DNA of 64,000 nt. Source: Candidatus Thorarchaeota archaeon (GTDB lineage Archaea; Asgardarchaeota; Thorarchaeia; Thorarchaeales; Thorarchaeaceae). The notes under the pieces are model-generated. The model had not been told where the DNA came from and ran no database searches. It worked only from the letters and a program-made list of their open reading frames with translations. The DNA is taken from assembly GCA_011364985.1 (NCBI GenBank), contig RDOC01000001.1, positions 159,576 through 223,575 on the forward strand, written 5' to 3'. Each line of letters begins with the position of its first letter. The first letter of the stretch is position 1. The translations under genes and the position numbers were made by a program. Shown piece after piece: positions 58,925 to 64,000 of this stretch.

Positions 58925-60487
58925 TCAGTTATCCTCAGCTAGTTCTTTCATCCTGCTCTCAACGACTTCAAGGATTTCATCCTTCAGCTTCCGTCCTTTG
59001 GCAATTATCTCACTTACTTCATCTAAAGTACGCTTCACAAATGTCTGATCCTTGATATTCCCAAGGTTGATTCGAACATTCAAAGCAGCACCTTCGATAG
59101 CCGCCATCAAGGCGTGTGCTGCAACTCCAGCGTCGGTAATCGAATTGATGTTACCCTTCTGAGCTGCTACAAGGTCATGTGACAGCGCCTTCAGTGAATG
59201 GCGCATGGTTGAGAGAGGCACCTCTGCTGCATGAATTGTGGCTTTTTCTGTTGCTTCTTCCTTCTCCTTCTTCTGAGCAGGGGTTTCTTCGGGAAGTCTA
59301 AAGGTGGCCATGACGTCATCAAAGGCTGCAGAATCGGTTTCAATAAGGTCCATGAGGATTCCTCTATCATTGTCAACAGCATGACGATGCTCTAGCATCT
59401 TTTCCTTGATCGCAGCAAACTTGCGTCCGGACAATGAAAGACCTGTTACCATTCCAACCAGAGCCGCACCATAAGAGCCCAAAGCAGCAGCCACGCTTCC
59501 TCCACCAGGAGTAGCACGCGCTCTCTTCACCTCGTCTCCGAATTCGATGAGCGACATCTCAGTGAAGGTCTTTTCCTTGGGGTCCTCCGCACCTCCAAGA
59601 TAGTAGAGATCCAGTATCATAGACTCATCCAGTTTCTCGGGCTGTAGATAGTATCGAAGAGTGTCCAACAATGCAAAGAGGGGCACCATACCAACGATTT
59701 CTGTTTCTATGACAGTGGCCCCAAATCTCTTGGCCTCAAGCTTGACGACCTCGAACACCTGATGTATCTTTGTACGTCTTGGATGTGTTAAGTTGAGGGA
59801 CACTTGAACGCAATTCTTGGCTGGAAGGTCCAAGCCAATTCCTTGGACATTCACGAAGCCACCTGTGAGCCCTCGCACGGCATTAGCGCAGGATTTTGCC
59901 ACTTCCAGATTCCTTGTATTCAGATTAAAATTGATGGCGATGAGAAAGTTGCGTGCTCCTGTGGCTGTTGCTCCCGCTGTAGGATGGATCTTCTTAGGAC
60001 CGTAGTCAGGATCCTTTGAGGAATCGGTCCCAATCAATTCTCGTAAACCTTCAAACTCACCCTCACGAATATTGGGAAGGTCAGCTCTTTCCGGCCGAGT
60101 AGCGGACTTATTGTACAGGTAAACAGGGACATTGCACTTGGAAGAGAATTCCTCCGCAAACTCTTTCGAGAGTTCGATGCATTCTCCGGTGGTTGCCCCG
60201 TGAAGAGGAATGAAAGGAACAACGTCAACAGCCCCCATTCTCGGATGCTCACCCTTATGTTTGGTCAAATCGATCTTTTCGACCGCCAGCTCTGCAGCTT
60301 TAAGAGCTGCCTGCTTTACCATCTGGGGTTCCCCAACAAAGGTAAAGACAGACCTGTTGTGATCGGGGTCAAATTCAATGTCCAGTAATCTTATGCCCTC
60401 AACACTGCGAATTGCATCCGCAAGGGCATCGATGACATCCTTTCGACGGCCTTCAGAGAAGTTTGGAACACACTCAATGATCTTCAC
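58925..60487 (-). CDS. ftcd: Bifunctional glutamate formiminotransferase / formiminoTHF cyclodeaminase
   Basis: IECVPNFSEGR, DPDHNRSV, GEHPRMGAVDVVPF, then TPGGGSVAA...NSITDAGVA...NVRINL. Start placed at GTG 60487. Confidence 0.93.
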   Translation of the reverse strand: MKIIECVPNFSEGRRKDVIDALADAIRSVEGIRLLDIEFDPDHNRSVFTFVGEPQMVKQAALKAAELAVEKIDLTKHKGEHPRMGAVDVVPFIPLHGATTGECIELSKEFAEEFSSKCNVPVYLYNKSATRPERADLPNIREGEFEGLRELIGTDSSKDPDYGPKKIHPTAGATATGARNFLIAINFNLNTRNLEVAKSCANAVRGLTGGFVNVQGIGLDLPAKNCVQVSLNLTHPRRTKIHQVFEVVKLEAKRFGATVIETEIVGMVPLFALLDTLRYYLQPEKLDESMILDLYYLGGAEDPKEKTFTEMSLIEFGDEVKRARATPGGGSVAAALGSYGAALVGMVTGLSLSGRKFAAIKEKMLEHRHAVDNDRGILMDLIETDSAAFDDVMATFRLPEETPAQKKEKEEATEKATIHAAEVPLSTMRHSLKALSHDLVAAQKGNINSITDAGVAAHALMAAIEGAALNVRINLGNIKDQTFVKRTLDEVSEIIAKGRKLKDEILEVVESRMKELAEDN

Positions 60488-60546
60488 GTGAGTCACCGAT
60501 GCCCGTTCCCTGCAGCCATGCACAAAAGGGTTTGGGCAGTTGGAAT

Positions 60547-61434
60547 TCATGCTGCAACTTGGGCTGAAAACGCTGAAACAACATTCTTGAGAAGCATAGC
60601 AATTGTCATCGGACCAACGCCACCAGGAACAGGAGTAATGAGAAGCACTTTTTCCTTGACCTTATCGAAATCAACATCTCCGTGTGGGGTGGCAACGTCA
60701 ATAATAACTGACCCATCCTTGACCATATCAGACGTGATGAAGAAGGGGGCATCCTTGGATTTACGCCGGCCTATTGCTGTAACTAGAACATCAGCATTTC
60801 TCGTGAAATCAGATATGTTTGCAGTTCGTGAGTGACATACAGTGACCGTCGCATTTCGGTTTAGAAGAAGAAATATGAGAGGCTTTCCTACGATCGTAGA
60901 CCTGTTGATGATTACAGCATGCTTTCCTGAAAGGTCATTCATCCCGATGTGATCCAGAATTGTTACAATTCCGTGTGGAGTGGCAGAAGTGAGTTCTTCA
61001 TCACCATGAAAGAGACGGTAGATATTCGCAGGAGAAAATCCGTCGATGTCTTTCAAAGGTGCAATTGCACCAATAATCTGCTTCTCATCAATATGCGGCG
61101 GAAGAGGCAACTGGACGAGAATCCCATGCACCGCCGGATCTTCATTCAATTTGTCGATGAGAAATAGCAGCTCCTTCTCGGTTGTCTTCTCAGGAAGACC
61201 ATAATGGTCTGAGAGAATTCCAACCTTTTCTGAGGCTTCCCGTTTCATTCGAACATACATCTCAGACCCAGGATCATCACCAACAATCACAGTGACAAGC
61301 TTTGGAACTTTGCCATACTTGTCCACGAGTTTTGCCACCTCTTCCTTGACCTCTTCGCGAAGTCGTTTGGAGAGGCGACGGCCTTTGATGATGTGATTTT
61401 CATAGATAGGTTTCTCATTATCATCTGATGACAG
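60547..61434 (-). CDS. folD: Methylene-THF dehydrogenase/cyclohydrolase
   Basis: HGILVQLPLP, KDIDGF, ATPHG, TPVPGGVGPMT. The frame extends upstream through IIKGRRLSKRLREEVKEEV to a CTG at 61434 with SD GGAAGGTGA. Confidence 0.93.
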   Translation of the reverse strand: MSSDDNEKPIYENHIIKGRRLSKRLREEVKEEVAKLVDKYGKVPKLVTVIVGDDPGSEMYVRMKREASEKVGILSDHYGLPEKTTEKELLFLIDKLNEDPAVHGILVQLPLPPHIDEKQIIGAIAPLKDIDGFSPANIYRLFHGDEELTSATPHGIVTILDHIGMNDLSGKHAVIINRSTIVGKPLIFLLLNRNATVTVCHSRTANISDFTRNADVLVTAIGRRKSKDAPFFITSDMVKDGSVIIDVATPHGDVDFDKVKEKVLLITPVPGGVGPMTIAMLLKNVVSAFSAQVAA

Positions 61435-61448
61435 CCTTGTTCACCTTC

Positions 61449-63050
61449 CTAGAATACACCGCTAATATTGCCATCCTCATCAATGTCCATCCCCCAAGCT
61501 GCAGGCTCTTCTGGGAGACCGGGCATAAGACGAATGTCTCCCATGTAAATGACAACAAAGCCAGCTCCTGCGCTTACATCAGCCCCCACTACTTCTACCT
61601 CAAAACCTGTAGGTCTGCCTCTGAGAGCGTCATTGTCAGATAGGCTGAATTGGGTCTTTGCAATACAAATGGGCAAATTATCATACCCTCTCTTCTCAAG
61701 GGAACGTATTCTTCCCTTTGCTCCGGTGGTGTAGTCAACTTCGGCACCACCATAGATTTTCTCCACAACCTTGGAGATCTTCGTCTTAATTGGGTCGTCA
61801 AGGTCATAGGTGTAGTTGGTCTGCCTGCCGGGAGATTCGTTTATTGCATTTATCAATACAGAGGCAAGCGCCTTTCCACCCTCACTTCCCCTCGCAAAGA
61901 CTTCCGATATCTCCATTTTCCAGCCTTTCTCTTCGCACCAACGTTTCAGAAGTGTGATTTCCTCGTCAGTATCGTCACGAAATCTGTTCAGGGCAATCAC
62001 TGCTGGTGGTCCAAAGGCTGCGATGTTCTCCATGTGTTTCTCCAGATTAGGAAAGCCAGCTGCAAGATTTCCATTTCCATGATCTTTCAATGCCCGTATA
62101 GTTGTCACAATCATAACTCCATCAACTTTGAAGCCCCCAGCTCTTGTTACAATGTTGAAGAATTTCTCAGCGCCAAGATCAGCCCCAAATCCTGCTTCTA
62201 CGACGACGTAATCAAACAGTCGAAGAGCCATATCTATTGAAACGATGGAGTTGGTTCCATGAGCGATATTCGCAAAGGGACCTGTGTGAACAAGGGCGGG
62301 AGTACCCTCCGATGTTTGGACAAGATTCGGTTTGAGCGCATCTCGAAGAAGGACTGCCATCGCACCCTCTGCTTTGAGATCTCTGGCAAACATCTCTTTC
62401 AGAGCCATGCTTCTGCCGATCAGAATATCACCAAGCCGCTTCTTCAGGTCAGGATAGTCCTTGCTAAGACCAAGAATAGCCATGACTTCGGAGGCTGCAG
62501 TAATGACAAAACTGTCCTCTCTCGGAAAACCATCAAAACGGCCTCCAAGACCAACAATTACTTTCCTCAAAGCACGATCATTCATGTCCAATGCCCTGGG
62601 CCAATAGACTCTTCGGAGATCAATTTCGGGCTGTGATTCGTGGTGGATGTGATTATCAATCATTGATGATAGCAGGTCGTGAGCTGCAGTAACGGCAGGA
62701 AAGTCACTAGTGAATAATAGATTGATTTGTTCGAAAGGAAGGACCTTTGATTCTCCACCGCCAGCTGCCCCACCCTTCACTCCAAACACAGGACCGAGAG
62801 AGGGCTCTCTTAGGGTGACAACCGCCTTGTGACCCAAAGCATTGAGAGCCATTGACAATCCGATTGAATTAGTTGTCTTGCCTTCTCCTGCAGGGGTTGG
62901 ATTGGTAGCAGTAACAAGAACCAGCTTACCCTTCCGTTTGCCCAAGGTCTTCTTGAACTTCAAATCAATCTTCGCCATGTATTTGCCATATAGCTCTAAA
63001 TACTCCTCAGGGATTCCTGCTCTTTTTGCAACTTCGATGATATGCATCAT
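61449..63050 (-). CDS. fhs: Formate-tetrahydrofolate ligase
   Basis: PTPAGEGKTT, LREPSLGPVFGVKGGAAGGG, HTGPFANIAHG, EAGFGADLGAEKF, CIAKTQFSLSD, MPGL. Confidence 0.96.
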   Translation of the reverse strand: MMHIIEVAKRAGIPEEYLELYGKYMAKIDLKFKKTLGKRKGKLVLVTATNPTPAGEGKTTNSIGLSMALNALGHKAVVTLREPSLGPVFGVKGGAAGGGESKVLPFEQINLLFTSDFPAVTAAHDLLSSMIDNHIHHESQPEIDLRRVYWPRALDMNDRALRKVIVGLGGRFDGFPREDSFVITAASEVMAILGLSKDYPDLKKRLGDILIGRSMALKEMFARDLKAEGAMAVLLRDALKPNLVQTSEGTPALVHTGPFANIAHGTNSIVSIDMALRLFDYVVVEAGFGADLGAEKFFNIVTRAGGFKVDGVMIVTTIRALKDHGNGNLAAGFPNLEKHMENIAAFGPPAVIALNRFRDDTDEEITLLKRWCEEKGWKMEISEVFARGSEGGKALASVLINAINESPGRQTNYTYDLDDPIKTKISKVVEKIYGGAEVDYTTGAKGRIRSLEKRGYDNLPICIAKTQFSLSDNDALRGRPTGFEVEVVGADVSAGAGFVVIYMGDIRLMPGLPEEPAAWGMDIDEDGNISGVF

Positions 63051-63288
63051 GACCGGGCCTTCTCCATTTCCAGCACGCTTGCTAAGATATGCTATTTGCG
63101 GTTGCAAATAAACTAGACTCTAGGGGAATCTGAAATGGGTCAGAAAATGTTAGAGAAACGCCTTGCACTGAAGCTGAACTCAGACTTTCATCATGCAGGT
63201 ATCAGGTCAGTACGAATCACCAAATAGTGAAAGAGATTCTGCCAAAGGGAATAAAGGGAAGGACGTGTTACAGACTTCTATGATAAAA

Positions 63289-64000
63289 ATGGACCGATTA
63301 CCACTTGAAGCACTCCCTGAGGCGCTTCCCGACGGTATTGATGTAGAGAAATATGTCATTTGCACTTATTATGCAGGGCTTCCTCCCTTCATTGACGCTT
63401 GTGAGGTGGCGCACTTTGCCGCCATAGAACAGACGACCGGGACTTGGACATTGGTACCAGGTGAAACTGTTGAAGTGAGGAGAAGACACGTCGCTAAGGT
63501 CATTGGAGTCTATGAGGTACCCTTTTACGAGTACAGCACTCCAAAGGATATTGAAAGGAGGGAGTACATTCTCCAGGTGGCATTTCCCTGGGAGAATTTT
63601 GGACAACAGATACCCATGCTTCTAACTACTGTAATTGGAAATATCTGTCTCTATGGAAGAATCAAGTGTCTTGACATGAGGTTCCCAAAGAGCTGGTTAA
63701 AGGGGTTCAAAGGTCCGAAATTTGGCATCAAGGGCCTTCGCAGACTTCTGAATGTGAAAAAGCGGCCACTTCTGAACAATATGATCAAGCCCTGCGTCTA
63801 TACTGAGGCTAAAGTTGGAGCTAGTCTGTGCTATGAGGCCGCGGTCGGTGGGGCAGATATTGTGAAGGATGACGAGCTTCTGGCCAATCCTGCATTCAAC
63901 ACGCTGGAAGAACGAATACCGCTCTTCATGGAGGCCATTGATAAAGCAGACTCAGAAAAGGGAGAGAAGACCCTCTACACTGTGAACATTACCGATAGAA
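63289..64000 (+). CDS. RuBisCO-like protein, form IV (3' end runs off window)
   Basis: Not in the ORF track. Manual translation gives IEQTTGTW, IGNI, GFKGPKFGIKG, NMIKPC, GGADIVKDDELL. ATG 63280 is an alternative start. Confidence 0.9.
   Translation, partial: MDRLPLEALPEALPDGIDVEKYVICTYYAGLPPFIDACEVAHFAAIEQTTGTWTLVPGETVEVRRRHVAKVIGVYEVPFYEYSTPKDIERREYILQVAFPWENFGQQIPMLLTTVIGNICLYGRIKCLDMRFPKSWLKGFKGPKFGIKGLRRLLNVKKRPLLNNMIKPCVYTEAKVGASLCYEAAVGGADIVKDDELLANPAFNTLEERIPLFMEAIDKADSEKGEKTLYTVNITDR

Noticed and set aside
63298-63606. Minus-strand 102 aa ORF
   Set aside because: Antisense shadow of the RuBisCO-like gene.

Overview
Gene-dense archaeal chromosomal window. Gene content suggests Asgard archaea, most like Thorarchaeia (inference): two longin-domain proteins, one NPRL2-like, plus SCP2, AOR and a form IV RuBisCO-like protein. 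No rRNA, tRNA, CRISPR array or transposase was recognised. The standout is a ~15 kb five-gene operon at 5.9-20.9 kb. It encodes an ABC-2 permease; an ABC ATPase with two N-terminal TrmB-like sugar-binding subdomains; a membrane-anchored Site-1-protease-like subtilase-GIFT protein whose catalytic Ser and oxyanion Asn are substituted; a second ABC ATPase; and a ~2260 aa single-pass surface protein (FG-GAP-like propeller, ~1700 aa of TSP3-like Ca-binding repeats, TM, cytoplasmic Ig-like domain). A probably degenerate six-hairpin glycosidase-like gene is transcribed divergently from it. Other notable items: a MurL/QueC-like + Ddl-like + GNAT + PLP amino-acid modification cluster, an SCP2/FabK-like/ADH/AOR lipid-redox cluster, an fhs-folD-ftcd C1 operon with an apparent CTG start, two disrupted genes and several unannotated small ORFs. 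All family assignments come from motif recognition by eye; no database searches were run.
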